The translations under genes and the position numbers were made by a program. DNA of 64,000 nt, taken from contig OZ024742.1 in NCBI GenBank assembly GCA_964016885.1, forward strand, positions 114,762,001 to 114,826,000, given 5' to 3'. Under the pieces are notes generated by a model that was not told the DNA's origin, made no database searches, and saw only the letters and a program-made list of their open reading frames with translations. Shown here piece after piece: positions 14,022 through 26,674 of the stretch (positions within the stretch are counted from its first letter, which is position 1; each line of letters starts with the position of its first letter). The DNA is from Eledone cirrhosa (Eukaryota).

Positions 14022-14176
14022 AGGAACATTTCAAGGCCTCGACGGCAGAGCTCGAGCCGTTTCGACGGTTATTTCTAGCGGTCGAATGGGGGTCCTCAAC
14101 TTTTTCCTATTACCCAACCTACTACCCTAATATTGAGTACTCTGGTGCGTTATGGTCCACCTGGTCCCTTACCACA

Positions 14177-14210
<34 letters not shown>

Positions 14211-14377
14211 TTCACCGATACAGTCTCCTAAGGATTTGGGATTCCTCACGATACTCTACTTGCAATATAGTTATTTTCCCAATGAAACAGCAGTAATGAC
14301 ATACAGTAATAAAGTAAAGATATTTTCATCAATTGATTGATCTTCCTATATTTGATTATATATATATATATATAAAT

Positions 14378-14756
<379 letters not shown>

Positions 14757-14812
14757 GAAAGTATAGAAATTATTGCGAGCGTGAAGCCATCAGTATTTCA
14801 TAGCATATAAAA

Positions 14813-15064
14813 ATTAAATCCATGAAGACGTGAAGGTAATGCTGCTATAACACTTCTTAATGAAATATCTGGTAATTATTTACTAAATGCCAATGGATAT
14901 GAAACGCAATAGGGAATACCTTCAATGTATATATATATATATATATATACATTGAAGGTATTCCCTATTGCGTTACATATGCATTGGCATTAAGAAAATA
15001 ATTACCAGATATTTCATTAAGAAGTGTTATAGTAGCAGTACCATCACGTCTTCATGGATTTAAT
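14813..15064. repeat. Inverted repeat with ~115-bp arms centred on a short (TA)n
   Basis: ATTAAATCCATGAAGACGTGA...CCTTCAATG-(TA)n-CATTGAAGG...TCACGTCTTCATGGATTTAAT. Confidence 0.9.
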
Positions 15065-16388
15065 AGTTCACTTTTTTTTTTCATGCATTTCGCGAAAAAT
15101 GTATTATGTTCCGAAATCTGAAATTTCTCCAAAATGAATGTCTTAAAGTAAGTAATAGATTTTAGAATTTGTTCATTACATAAATATTTTAACAAATCTA
15201 TTTTTATATGATTTGTCATGAAATATCTTCACATATTATCTCAAAATTATGATCGTATAAACTTTAGTGTTTGAAGAACATTCTATATGAAAACAGATTT
15301 GTTTTAGCTTTAGTCTTTGAAGAGCAATCTATATGAAAACAGATCTGTTTTCTTTTTTACCCGGAACTAATGATCTCACCTTTACATAAATGTAAATACG
15401 CAGAAATTGTTGGAAGAAGTTCAATGTTTGCAATTATATTTTCTCATTAAAACTAGGAACAGTGACCTCCAGGTTCAAGGAACTATTATAAAGTTGATTA
15501 TCAGAAATAAATAGAATCAAGAGTGGAATTTTGTCAGTAATTTCAAATATAGAAAGACTAATAGTTACGGAAATAAATATTATCTACCATGCTGACCTCC
15601 CGAGATCATTACTTATTGAGGTAGAATAAATAACTACCGAAAGCGCAACAAAATATAAAAATAATAAAACGCGGAATATACACGTGATTTAAACTCGATA
15701 AAAAAGAAAAAGACTATGAATTATTCTGCCTGTGCAATACAAAATGAATTAATATTAGAGATTTAACGTTATATTCATTACATTGTTCTCAATTCACTTC
15801 CCTCAGTTCCTTTTAGTTGGGTTTCATTGTCATCTTACCCTTTATTTCAGCTGCTTAAATAACCATTTGCCTATACGTGTGTTGTACATATCACATGTGA
15901 TTACGATCGTTTAACGATATCTCATTGACAACTGTAACTTATACTTGTAACCTAAGGAAACATTGCATATTACAGTTATAGAAATAACTTCGTCTCAAAA
16001 TAAATTACGGCAGAGCAATCCTGTAATACTCATAGGAATAGATTTCATAAGTATGTGCTGGTGAGAAATGTAAAGTAAAGGAAACATCAGGATAAGAAAA
16101 ATAGTGTGTTGATCTCTCTGTTCATTCTTTAATAATGAGAACATAATATAACAACCTCATCTATATAGGAAACTTTAGGGTTATAGCCCACCACTTGATC
16201 TTCTGTACATAAAAAAAAGATGTAACTTAGATTACACGCAACCTACTTGCAATTTGGATTGAACATTTTATACTCTAATATTATATAACCTGTATTTAGA
16301 ACGGGAACACATGATAGTCAAGCATGGAAAATCATTAATAAATCATGGATTTGTTAGACAGAGTTTGATCTAAATCTAACAAACAACG

Positions 16389-16422
<34 letters not shown>

Positions 16423-16691
16423 ATAATAATAATAATAATGATTTCATTTATTGGCCACAAGGGCCGACATATAGGGGACAACACAATAGACAGGGACAGT
16501 GGGGGTTTACATAGAGATCGAGTAAGTATAAATAACAAAAAACAAAATAACAATCAAAATACAACAATGAAAGTTCCCCAATAAGAGGGATCACCACCCA
16601 GGGTTGACTCAAGCACCCCACCAGTCCTGAGCCACCCGACGCTCCTAGGGCACCCGGGAAGGGCACCCCTCTCCTTCTCGAATTCACCAGC

Positions 16692-19600
16692 CTACAGGCG
16701 CATGATCAGAGTAGGCCCACTCACACGGGCCATTCTCGCCACATTCACCCACCTTTCAGTAAATGTACTGGGGGGCAGCACTTCTCTCTCCACCCTCACC
16801 TTCCTTTCCAAGTGAAACTTGAAGAAGTTGACGAGGGATTGGCCGAAGAGAAAAGTGTCTGTCTTCAGTCCTTTCAACCTGGTCCACCATGCAACCTCTT
16901 TCGCTACTGCCACCAGGCAGAGGAAAATTGCCTGCCCTTCCTGACCAAAAGAAGGCGGCGGGTCAATCTTCACTATGGACTCGGACGATAGCCGGATCCG
17001 TTCTACACGCGACAATAGCTGTTCGACATAACCCCACAAGTCAGCAATGCACGGACACTGGACGAGTGCGTGCAGAACGGTTTCGTCGCTCTGCGCGCAT
17101 CTCGGGCAGGTTCGTCTGACAGCACTTCCGTGCCTGTAGAGTTTATCCCGAACCGGCAGCGCCCCCCGGTAGCACTGCCAAGCGAGGGATTTCTGGAAGT
17201 TATCCATCGTCCCCGGCTCGAAAGTCCTCCGGAACATACTGGTCAGTTCTACTTCGTTGACGCCCAGAGCCTCTCCTAGTACGTCATCGCACTTGCCCTC
17301 CACTAATCCTCTATAGAAATCTTGAGTGGAAGTTCCACTGACCGCATTGCCCACCTTGCAGAGTGCAGTGAGCGCCTGGCAACATTCCAGATGCCAGTCG
17401 CCCAGTCTCGGTCTCTTCTTGACCCAGGACTGCAGCTCAGTCAAAGAGATGAGCTGCGGAAAGGCCCGTCTAACAAACGGCGACCACACCTGTTCACCGT
17501 TTAGGCAAAATATCTGGAGATGTCGCAGCCTCAGCGCATGTCTGCGCATCATTAGCCACGGCATGCCCAGCCCTCCACGAAGAGGGTGCTGGCAGCAGAT
17601 GGACCGCCTCACCAACGGGACCCGTCCCCTCCACAAAAATTTGAAAAGGAGCCGTTCCAAATTGGCGAGGCGTGGACGGGGGCAAGGCACGACGGTCAGG
17701 CGGTAGTAGATGACGGACGCGATGTACGCGTTCGCCACCTCCGCCCGCCCTTTCAGTGATAGCTTTCTCTCAGCCCATTTCTGGGTGAGGTTGGCTATCC
17801 TGCTCGTCACCTCGTCCCAATTCTTATCCACCTGGAGGTCTGGTCCGAACCAAACCCCGAGCAACTTTACCGGTCCGTCTGTCCAGCGCCCAACGACGCT
17901 GTTGGACGGCATGGACTTGCCTCTCCAGGTGCCGAGCTGCAAGCCCACCGACTTTTCCGGGTTAAGTTTTGCTCCCGTCAACCTTTCATATTCCTCCAAA
18001 TGGGTGCGGATCACCTCGATTTCCGAGGTGTCCGACACCATCACGGTGATGTCGTCCGCATAAGCGGACGCAGCCTTTCTACGTCCCGGTTCGAGCGGGA
18101 TGCCCTGCAACAACTCCAGCTTCCGCAGTAGAGGCTCAAGAGTCAATACGTACAGAAGTGAGGAGAGAGGGCACCCTTGACGGACCGATCGAGAGATCTG
18201 AAACGGTTCCGAGAGGTGGCCATTAACTTTGACCACCGAGCGGATGCCGCTGTACATTGCAGCGATCCAGCTTCTGAAGACGGGGCCGAAGCCAGCCGCC
18301 TCGAGGACAGCCTCCAAGTACCGATGGTCGACCCTATCGAATGCTTTCGATTGATCTAAATTGATCAGAGCCCCACCGAAGCCAGGTTTGCACCCAACCC
18401 TCTCTATGATGTATCGCATGAGGTGGAGGTTGTCGTGTATGGACCTGGTCGGGATTGCGCAAGTTTGCGCCTCCCCAACCAAATCTTTGACGACAAGCGC
18501 CAACCTTTTCGCTAACACCTTGGCCAAAATCTTAAACTCTGTGTTGAGCAGGGTTATGGGCCTGAAATTATCTAGTGTGTCCCTCTTGTTCTCGTCTTTC
18601 CTTATCAGCGTCACTACGCCACGGCTCACAGAACTGGGAATGCTCCCGTTCTGCTGCCAGTTGCAGTAGAGCGCTTCGAGGAGATCGGAGAACAAGTCTG
18701 GCATATTTACGTAAAGCTCGTAGGGCAGACCATCCAAACCGGGTGACTTGCGACTCGAGCAGCCGACAAGGGCGTCCTGAATTTCGGCTGATGTTATCGG
18801 CTCTTCGCAGCGCTCAGCGTCGGCCGTCGAGAGGCGTGGCAAGCCGTCGAGGTAGGGACTGAAGTCCGCCGCCGTCTCCGACTCACCCATCCTCCCGAAC
18901 AATCGAGCAAAGTGCTGGCGAAAGGCCTCACACATCTGCTTGGAATCGCTCAGTTCGTGTCCATCTCGATCCGTCAAAGACCGAATTGTGGTTTTATTTC
19001 CACGCTGCGTCTCTGCAAAGCGAGCCCATCGGGCAGCTTTGGTTCCCTCGTTCCTCAGAGCACGCGCCTTAGCTCTGACAATGCAACCTTCGTGTTTCGC
19101 ATTGAAGAAATGGTCTAGTGCCATTCTCGCCGCTAGCACGTCTGTTGCAATGCCACTACAAATAGCCTCGTCTAACTTAGCTATCAGCCCCTCCTCCTTT
19201 CTATTTTTCTCTATTGCTACTTCTTTGCTAAATCCTATCGAGGTTGCTCTAATCTCTCTTTTGAGTGCCCCCCACCACCTGTTGTTGACAACCCTCCCTG
19301 TCAACTTTTGCTTAACTAAGTTGTTGACCCGGTCCCTGTAAGCTTTACGTGCCGGAAACGACATGTTTAGCTTCCAGTAGCTAGGTCCTAACCTACGTGT
19401 CTTATCTAGGTCGACCATACAGATCACAAGCTTGTGATCTGAATAGGCAACCGTTTTAAAATGTGGACATCCTACACTATTTCTATCTCTTTTCCTAATG
19501 AAAATCCTATCTATGTACGATCTAGATGACCCTATGCGATTGGTCCAGGTCCATACTGGCGCATTAGGGAAATCTAGTCGGTACCTGTCAGACAGTTGAA

Positions 19601-20111
19601 ACTGGCTGATCAGGTACTTGAGGCTTTTGCACCCCCCGCTTCTATCAGATACTCCCACACAATCCCAGCGTGCTTCTAAGATGCCATTCCAATCCCCTAT
19701 TAACAGTAAAGGGCGAGACGTAAGCAGAAAGTTTTCCAGGCGCCTAAAGAAGTCCGGCCGACCGGCCCCAGTAGGGGCGTAGACGGCCACCAGTCTAAAG
19801 GCACCACCTTCGCTATTGCTCACGTCCAGGACCACCAACTTTCCGTCAGGATCCCGGAAGATTGACCTTACCTCGAGATCCAGACATTTCCTAAACAGCA
19901 CAGCCACTCCACCTCCCATTCCCGGCCGACTAACAGATGCAAAGATCTGATAATCGTCGAAAATCGGCGCCAGTGCGCGTGTGTCGGAAATTCTGGTCTC
20001 GCTGATGGCAATTACATCCATTCCTAGTGACCTGAGGTCGTTGAGCAAGTGACCTTGCTTCCAGGGCGACCCCAGGCCACGAACATTTAAACTTCCTACT
20101 CTTATGGCCAT
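16692..20111 (-). CDS. L1/Tx1 ORF2: APE endonuclease, reverse transcriptase and zf-RVT (1139 aa)
   Basis: GSLNVRGL, VAVYAP, IGDWN, SDHKLV; KSPGLDGLPYE, FRPITLLNTEFKIL, LDQSKAFDRVDH, VRQGCPLS, AYADD; CPRCAQSDETVLHALVQC. Confidence 0.95.
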   Translation of the reverse strand: MAIRVGSLNVRGLGSPWKQGHLLNDLRSLGMDVIAISETRISDTRALAPIFDDYQIFASVSRPGMGGGVAVLFRKCLDLEVRSIFRDPDGKLVVLDVSNSEGGAFRLVAVYAPTGAGRPDFFRRLENFLLTSRPLLLIGDWNGILEARWDCVGVSDRSGGCKSLKYLISQFQLSDRYRLDFPNAPVWTWTNRIGSSRSYIDRIFIRKRDRNSVGCPHFKTVAYSDHKLVICMVDLDKTRRLGPSYWKLNMSFPARKAYRDRVNNLVKQKLTGRVVNNRWWGALKREIRATSIGFSKEVAIEKNRKEEGLIAKLDEAICSGIATDVLAARMALDHFFNAKHEGCIVRAKARALRNEGTKAARWARFAETQRGNKTTIRSLTDRDGHELSDSKQMCEAFRQHFARLFGRMGESETAADFSPYLDGLPRLSTADAERCEEPITSAEIQDALVGCSSRKSPGLDGLPYELYVNMPDLFSDLLEALYCNWQQNGSIPSSVSRGVVTLIRKDENKRDTLDNFRPITLLNTEFKILAKVLAKRLALVVKDLVGEAQTCAIPTRSIHDNLHLMRYIIERVGCKPGFGGALINLDQSKAFDRVDHRYLEAVLEAAGFGPVFRSWIAAMYSGIRSVVKVNGHLSEPFQISRSVRQGCPLSSLLYVLTLEPLLRKLELLQGIPLEPGRRKAASAYADDITVMVSDTSEIEVIRTHLEEYERLTGAKLNPEKSVGLQLGTWRGKSMPSNSVVGRWTDGPVKLLGVWFGPDLQVDKNWDEVTSRIANLTQKWAERKLSLKGRAEVANAYIASVIYYRLTVVPCPRPRLANLERLLFKFLWRGRVPLVRRSICCQHPLRGGLGMPWLMMRRHALRLRHLQIFCLNGEQVWSPFVRRAFPQLISLTELQSWVKKRPRLGDWHLECCQALTALCKVGNAVSGTSTQDFYRGLVEGKCDDVLGEALGVNEVELTSMFRRTFEPGTMDNFQKSLAWQCYRGALPVRDKLYRHGSAVRRTCPRCAQSDETVLHALVQCPCIADLWGYVEQLLSRVERIRLSSESIVKIDPPPSFGQEGQAIFLCLVAVAKEVAWWTRLKGLKTDTFLFGQSLVNFFKFHLERKVRVEREVLPPSTFTERWVNVARMARVSGPTLIMRL

Positions 20112-20140
20112 GCTGGCAGGATGAATGGGAGAGGAAAGGT

Positions 20141-22051
20141 TTACTTACCTTCCGGGGTCTTGTGAAGGTCGGGTGGTTCGACCTCCATGGTTTGTGGGGT
20201 TTCTTTTGGGAACCCCTTTAATAGTCTTGACGTGGGTTTTACGTTCGGGGTTCCCACATCCCGAGGAAAGCTCTTTCGAATTTCTTTGTATGAAGCGAGC
20301 GACATTCGCATCAGAAGCAAATTATCTGGTACGCGAAATGTGCTCGCTTCAAATGTTTCCCCGTCTTTTTCGATGTTTGTGCTTCGTGCTACATGGGCCA
20401 TCAATTCCTTGTTGGCCCTTCTGGCAAGCACGAAGTTTTTAATGTTTTGTTGCTCGGGTTTTATTTGTTCGTGTGATTGTGGTGGTGATAGCTTTGTTAG
20501 TGTTGTTTCTATTGTGTCTGCGTTTGTTGTGGGTGGGGTGTCTGTAGTTTCTGATGTTTGTGTGTCTATTTGTTCTTGTGTCTGTTTAGCTTGTTTGCGT
20601 TTGGGGGATTGTGGTGGTTGTGTTGGTGATGCTGTGGGGAAAATGTTTGTGTGGGTGGTGTGTGTATTTTTTTTTGTGGGGGTGTTTGTGCTTTGTGGAT
20701 TTCTTTTTTTTTTGTGTTTTGTTTTTTGTATTTTGGGGGACTTTGGTTTTCCCTCATCTTCACTGCTGGAGGATGAGGGGTCTGTGGCTGTGAGCGTGTT
20801 TGTGTCTGAGTGAGTGTTTATGTTCTTGTTCGTGTGTGTATTTTGGGGGGGAGGGGGAATGGGAGAGCTTTCCTCGTTTCCCCCCTGGGTGTGCAATTTT
20901 GGTGGTTCCATTGTTGACGGTGTTGCTGGTGGTCCTTGTCCCGGCGTCGCCAGCAGTGGAATCTTTCGACCCCTTGCGCTTTTCGGCAGTTGAGGGCAGA
21001 AGGCTCGCAAGTGTGTCGTTTCCCCACAAAGGAAACAATGCGGCCTTTTGCCCTCAGTCATTATATGCAACACCCTCCCGTTTTGGAGGCGGATGTGGTC
21101 CGGGATTGTTTTTACGTTTTCGGGTCTGATTTGGAGCAGTATCTCCAGATCAACCCCGGACCAGTCGTCCCTGGCAGTTCTCGTTGCCTCTACCGGGACT
21201 GTATCCGTTCCTTCCACGATTACGCAACCCAGGAGCCACCACATATCAAGTCCTGGTGGAATCCTGGGAATGCGCACACGTGCTATTCGTTTTCCCATGT
21301 GGGAGGGGTACATTATGACCTTGCTGGTTTTGCAAGGGGTCATTGAATGCTTCACAGCGAGGGCTTCAGACTTGAACAGCACCGAAACGGTGCCGTATTG
21401 CCTGCCCCTCTCTATGAAGTCTGTGTCCTCTCTGATGTATTTCAGTGCGGCTTCTATGTCAGCTTGGGCGATTATCGCTGCCCTCTTTGTCTCTACTGAG
21501 ATGCATCTGAAATGCACCGTTCTTTTTTCCACTGCCTCAATGGCTTCTGCCGGGACAGTTAAGTTTGCCCAGGTCTGCTCTTGATTTATGATTTTCCAGG
21601 CCTGGGCCAACTTTTCCTCTCTGTTGGTTAAGTCGATGCTGTAGCATGGTCTCCTTTTAGCCGCTGCCACAGCAGCGAAAGTGTTCTTGTTGGTGTTGTC
21701 ACTGTTGTTGTTCTTGTTGGTGTTGCTGCTGCTATTGCTGTTGTTGTTCTCCCCTGTGTCGTGGTTAGCTTCTGTGCTGTTGGCCTTGTTGGTGCTGCTG
21801 CTGTCGCTACTATTACTCTCTGTGCTGTTCGTTTTGTTGGTGCTCTCGCTATTACCACCTTCTGCGCTGTTCGGCTTGTTGGTGTTGGTGTTGTCGCTGT
21901 TACCACCTTCCGCGCCGCTCGGCCCGTTGGTGCTGGCACTGTCGCTGCTCACATTCGTGCTGGTGGCGCTCCTCGCCTCACCTCTCCTCTCAACGCTCAA
22001 GTCGCCGTTGCACGACAGCAGACCCGCCTCTAGGGGGCGTGGCTCCGCCAT
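20141..22051 (-). CDS. L1/Tx1 ORF1 nucleic-acid-binding protein with CCHC zinc knuckle (636 aa)
   Basis: CFLCGETTHLRAFC (CX2CX4HX4C). N/S/T-rich and P/T/K-rich low-complexity termini. It ends 29 bp upstream of ORF2. Confidence 0.88.
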   Translation of the reverse strand: MAEPRPLEAGLLSCNGDLSVERRGEARSATSTNVSSDSASTNGPSGAEGGNSDNTNTNKPNSAEGGNSESTNKTNSTESNSSDSSSTNKANSTEANHDTGENNNSNSSSNTNKNNNSDNTNKNTFAAVAAAKRRPCYSIDLTNREEKLAQAWKIINQEQTWANLTVPAEAIEAVEKRTVHFRCISVETKRAAIIAQADIEAALKYIREDTDFIERGRQYGTVSVLFKSEALAVKHSMTPCKTSKVIMYPSHMGKRIARVRIPRIPPGLDMWWLLGCVIVEGTDTVPVEATRTARDDWSGVDLEILLQIRPENVKTIPDHIRLQNGRVLHIMTEGKRPHCFLCGETTHLRAFCPQLPKSARGRKIPLLATPGQGPPATPSTMEPPKLHTQGGNEESSPIPPPPQNTHTNKNINTHSDTNTLTATDPSSSSSEDEGKPKSPKIQKTKHKKKRNPQSTNTPTKKNTHTTHTNIFPTASPTQPPQSPKRKQAKQTQEQIDTQTSETTDTPPTTNADTIETTLTKLSPPQSHEQIKPEQQNIKNFVLARRANKELMAHVARSTNIEKDGETFEASTFRVPDNLLLMRMSLASYKEIRKSFPRDVGTPNVKPTSRLLKGFPKETPQTMEVEPPDLHKTPEGK

Positions 22052-22400
22052 GTTTTTTTGAGAAAAAAATTATTATTTTTTTCAAAATAAAGTTCAAATA
22101 TTTGGGCCAAAAGGCCCAAATATTATGAGTTATTCCTTCACAGGATACAAATTAATGTCTTATAATGCTTCAGCGGTACAAAAAATAAACAATTCTCTAC
22201 AATTAATCCTCAAAAATTGCTTACTCACGGAGCTTCAAAAAACGTACATCCACTTTCGTCAATAATAATAATAATAATAATACAACTACTACTACTATAT
22301 ACTGCTACTACTTCTGCTGTTGCTGCTACTACTGCTACTACTACTACTACTACTACTTCTACTACCACTACCACCACACTACTACTGCTAATACTAATAC

Positions 22401-22572
22401 TTGTTTCTACTTTAGGCACAAGGCCAGCAATTACCCAGTGCATTACTGGTACTTTATTTTTTATCGACCCCGTAAGGATGAAAGGCAAAGTCAACCTCGG
22501 CGGGATTTGAACTCAGATCGTAAAGGGACGTAACTATGCTTGAAAGCATGGCGTCCGATACTGCCAATCCAC
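22401..22572 (-). mobile_element. tRNA-derived SINE
   Basis: Minus strand has A box TGGCAGTATCGG, B box GAGTTCAAATCC and a central GCCTTTCATCCTTACGGGGTCGATAAA. It lies within (TAC)n/(AAT)n. Confidence 0.88.
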
Positions 22573-23842
22573 TACTTCTACTACCACTACAACTACCACT
22601 ACTACTGCTACTACTACTACATGCTACTACTACTACTACTACTAATACTACTACTACTGCTGCTGCAGCTGCTGCTTATGCTGATGATGCGACTACTACA
22701 ACTACTACTACTACTACCACCATTACTACTACTACTGCGACGACGACGACGACGACGACGATGACGACTACTACTATCACTGCTGCTACTACATTTGCAG
22801 AATCTTTGTTGGAGTAAGTCAAACAACAAACAATAGACAAGTTAGATTTGTATTCCTAATAGCATATCGTACTTTACTGAACATGGCTACAATCCGACGC
22901 TCCGCTCAAATTCACAAAATGTAGAGACATTTCCCTACAAACCTACATATGTCATAATTTTTAAAGTATTTTTATCATGCGAGATTTCAGTATTTCTGCA
23001 TATAACTTAAGGTAGCGCAAATAATACCCTCATTACGGGAGAAATCCCTCATTCTTAACCTCAAAGAGAAATGTTCATTGTAATATGTATGAAGCTTCAA
23101 TACAAATGTTCAGTACATTCAGACTGCGAACATGCAGGGCATCGGCCATTATATTCATTTTATATTCTACAACACCAGCAATCAATGTTTCGTAATCAGA
23201 TCTCGCCGATATTTTACCATTTCCTCCATAAATATATGACAGTGAATTAACATAATTATTAGTTCGTCCTTTCAGGCAATTTGTATTTTGAATTTACACA
23301 TTTGATATAGCTAACATGTGTGGTAGACATAATTTGTCCGCTGTTCTACATGAGCTATATTTTCTTGACTGTCTGTAGTGGACAACGGGTAAAAAATAAT
23401 AATACAAAAGACACTATGCACAGAGTGAGATGCGTCATAATAAACCAGATTGGGGATCATTCTGGCAAAAAAACAAACAAGAACTAAACAACAGTAACAA
23501 TCCTCATTATCATCGTCTCCGTTTTCCAACTGATATTATCATCATTATTTCCACCTGTTCCTTTTAATAATCTTTGTTGTAACTGTCCATTAAAGCAGAC
23601 ACAGTATACGCTATGTTCATGGAATAATGAGACATTGGTAAGTGTCTATATTATGGTGAATGTAGATCAATGTTGTTATGGCAAGTATCGGAAAATCTGG
23701 AGAAAAATCTACAAATAAAGCAAAATAATTTTGTCCATATATTTTGTTTCAATAGAAATATGATTTTATATAATACGAATTAACGTTTAACTCAGTACCC
23801 GATGTGAAGATAACATAAATATAAGTGATGTGGAAATATCAT

Positions 23843-24080
23843 AATTGTTTCTACGTTAGGCACAAGGCCAGCAATTACCCAGTGTATTACTGGTACATAA
23901 TTGTTTCTACTTTAGGCACAAGGCCAGCAATTACCCAGTTCATTACTGGTACTTTATTTTATCGACCCCGTAAGGATGAAAGGCAAAGTCAACCTCGGCG
24001 GGATTTGAACTCAGATCGTAAAGGGACGTAACTATGTTGGAAAGCATGGCGTCCGACCCTCTACCGATACTGCCAATCCA
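23843..24080 (-). mobile_element. tRNA-derived SINE with a duplicated ~55-bp 3' end
   Basis: Full copy at 23899-24080 plus a repeat of its 3' segment at 23843-23896. Confidence 0.88.
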
Positions 24081-26353
24081 AATGACATGAGATAACATCA
24101 ATAAATGCCTTTCTTCTTGACACACCTTTCTATATATATATATATATAGAAGACAAATATTAAGTCCTTTCGAATATATTAGTCATTGCATTTATACAAA
24201 CGCATGGGTTTTCATTTCTGATTCAACCAATTTCTATTAGGTCATATATTTGAGTCAATGCTTATAATTACTACTAAACACAACGGCAATCACCAATACT
24301 TTCCAGGATAGTTATTGCTCTCAGTACCGTGCTTGCCCAGGCTGTGGCATATCTTGAGCACATCATTTACCATTATAATCGCAGACACTCAAGCCTTTTG
24401 AGTGAAATTGGTGAGACGGTAACTGCTATAAACCCTTTTCACACACTGTACTCGCACTGAATCATCTTCAAAATTTTGACATGGTTACATGATCCTGTGG
24501 TCTGCTCATCTTCTTGTAAGTGAATATCATGATAAGTTTATTCATTGAAATCGATGCCTTTCACTCTCTTATATGATATGATGTAGATTTCACAGTTATA
24601 TTTTCTCCACACAATCTGTTTATTTACGTTCAGTTAGCCATGTTATGCAGATGATGGGTTCGCTATTTAGACCAGCTCTAGAATGATGAAAGTTCAGTAT
24701 TTCTCTTGAAGACACGAAAGGGTGGTTTGCTGAAGTATATCAACGCCAATATATTTCAAATCCAATTCAAATCTGATAGATGAAAGGGAAATATTACAAG
24801 AAATAGGGGAAAAGTAAATACGTAAAGAAAAGAGATGAGCCGCAAAGAGTCGGTTCGATTGTTAGAATCTTGGATCCATAATAGGTAAATTGCTATGAAT
24901 TATTTATTGTAGCCAAAAGTGTATTTCATATGATAGATCAGTAGCAATTCGTGGTAGAATTTTACTGCTTGGATGCGGTATCGTAAAACTCTATGAAGCT
25001 GAATGTAATGCAAATGAATTATATATATTTGTTTATTATTCCATGCGAGGAGATCATACGTCTCCTATGCTGTTGCAGTTTCCTCAAAACAGTTGCCATT
25101 GATATTAAGATGAGGTACAACTTAAAAATACACTATTGAATGAGACGAATGAAATATCCAGATATTGCCAATTATGAGTAGGAAAGATTAAGCACTATAT
25201 TTGGTGTGGATTTTCAATATGTAGTAAATATACCGAAAAGATATGAAAAGAACTTGTAGATGTGTCAATCCAGCCACTGGGCTTGTATGATGCTGGTGCA
25301 AATCCCAAGAGATTAAAAATGTGACTGTAGGGTTAAATCTGATAATGAACGAGGGTATGTACAACGCATCCATGAATTAGTATTTGTTGTAAATCCATCG
25401 GGAAAATGTTTAGATATATTATGCAGTTATGTTTAATATGATGTGGCTTTTTTTAAAGTTTGCATTAAGTCAGTCACTGATAAGTATGATTAGTCTAGCC
25501 AATATTATAGGTGGACGTTTGCATTGTCAGGTCTACATATTGAAACATCTGAAAGAGATGTCACCTTGAATTATTCATAATGAATATTAGGGGAATATAT
25601 GTGTGAAATATGTACACAGTTCTATGGTAAATATCATGATTACACTCTGTTTAAATATTTCCACACAATGGCTACCATCTGTGTTGTAACTGGATTAACA
25701 AATGACAACTTAAAAGAAAAAAATGCGAAGTAGCAAGTGAATTAAGGGGAATATTTCGCTATTTCTAGTAAAAGAAGCGATTGCAAAATATTACTTTTAT
25801 TGCATTTTGAATCTAGGTTATCCCTAACAATTTTAATTTTACATTGTTCCTCGGGCTGCAATACCTAATGTGCGCACCACTCATTAAGGAGTGTCATATG
25901 ATTTGAAGGATGAATATCACATGAATTGAATGCATCTAGGATTATATTTTCTACTGGGTCCCGATATTTCTTTTTCCGAAAGATAATACGGTGTTTTGAC
26001 AAAGATTCAGCTACTTGCATCAAAACTATAATAAAGTAAGGAACGCGGGACTGCGTGAAGAATATAATGTTTTATCCCTTTTGTAAAATAAGTTGGATAC
26101 CATTGAATAAATAGTGAATGAATATTATATAATTTATCTACAAAACTCCGTAACACGTGATTAAACATATACTAAAAATATTATTCAAAATTCACTTCCT
26201 TTAAAAGATTCCAATTCCAATACTTCCGGTATATCTATACTATATATAGTGAGAGAGAGTGAAAGAGAATGATGAAGCGATTCGGATTTTTTGTGCGTGT
26301 GTTGTTGTTCTTAGATTTCATAAAATTGCTAGAGCGAGAAAGGGAGATTGTAT

Positions 26354-26470
<117 letters not shown>

Positions 26471-26509
26471 ATATTTATATATATATATATATATATATAG
26501 GAAAGTGTA

Positions 26510-26674
26510 TGACCTCGACGGCAGAGCTGAAACGGTTCGACGGCTATTTCTGGACTGAAGTACCCGTCGAGACAACTTGAAGTCTGTCGTCGGGGTCATA
26601 TTTTTTCCTATTACCCACTCTGCTACCCTAATTATTGAATACGCACCAGAGTAATCAATACTTAGGGTAGTAGA
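26510..26674. repeat. Dispersed non-coding repeat related to 14036-14145, ending in a ~25-bp-arm hairpin
   Basis: Both sites share CCTCGACGGCAGAGCT..TTCGACGG.TATTTCT and TTTTTCCTATTACCCA..CT.CTACCCTAAT. The hairpin CTCTGCTACCCTAA...TTAGGGTAGTAGAG is at 26618-26674. Confidence 0.7.

Larger units (their letters stand above)
16440..22260 (-). mobile_element. Full-length, apparently intact L1/Tx1-clade non-LTR retrotransposon inserted in (AAT)n
   Basis: Two uninterrupted ORFs, a ~210-bp 5' UTR, a ~250-bp 3' UTR with AATAAA at 16447-16452, and (AAT)n on both flanks (16421-16439, 22261-22281). Confidence 0.93.

Noticed and set aside
14036-14100. Hammerhead-like fragments on minus (TTGAGGA...GTCGAAACGGCTC) and in the related copy at 26510-26600
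   Set aside because: The cores are mutated differently in the two copies and stem I is not recoverable, so a family consensus is needed.
16889-22061. Plus-strand ORFs overlapping the Tx1 element
   Set aside because: They are antisense shadows of GC-rich ORF1 and ORF2.
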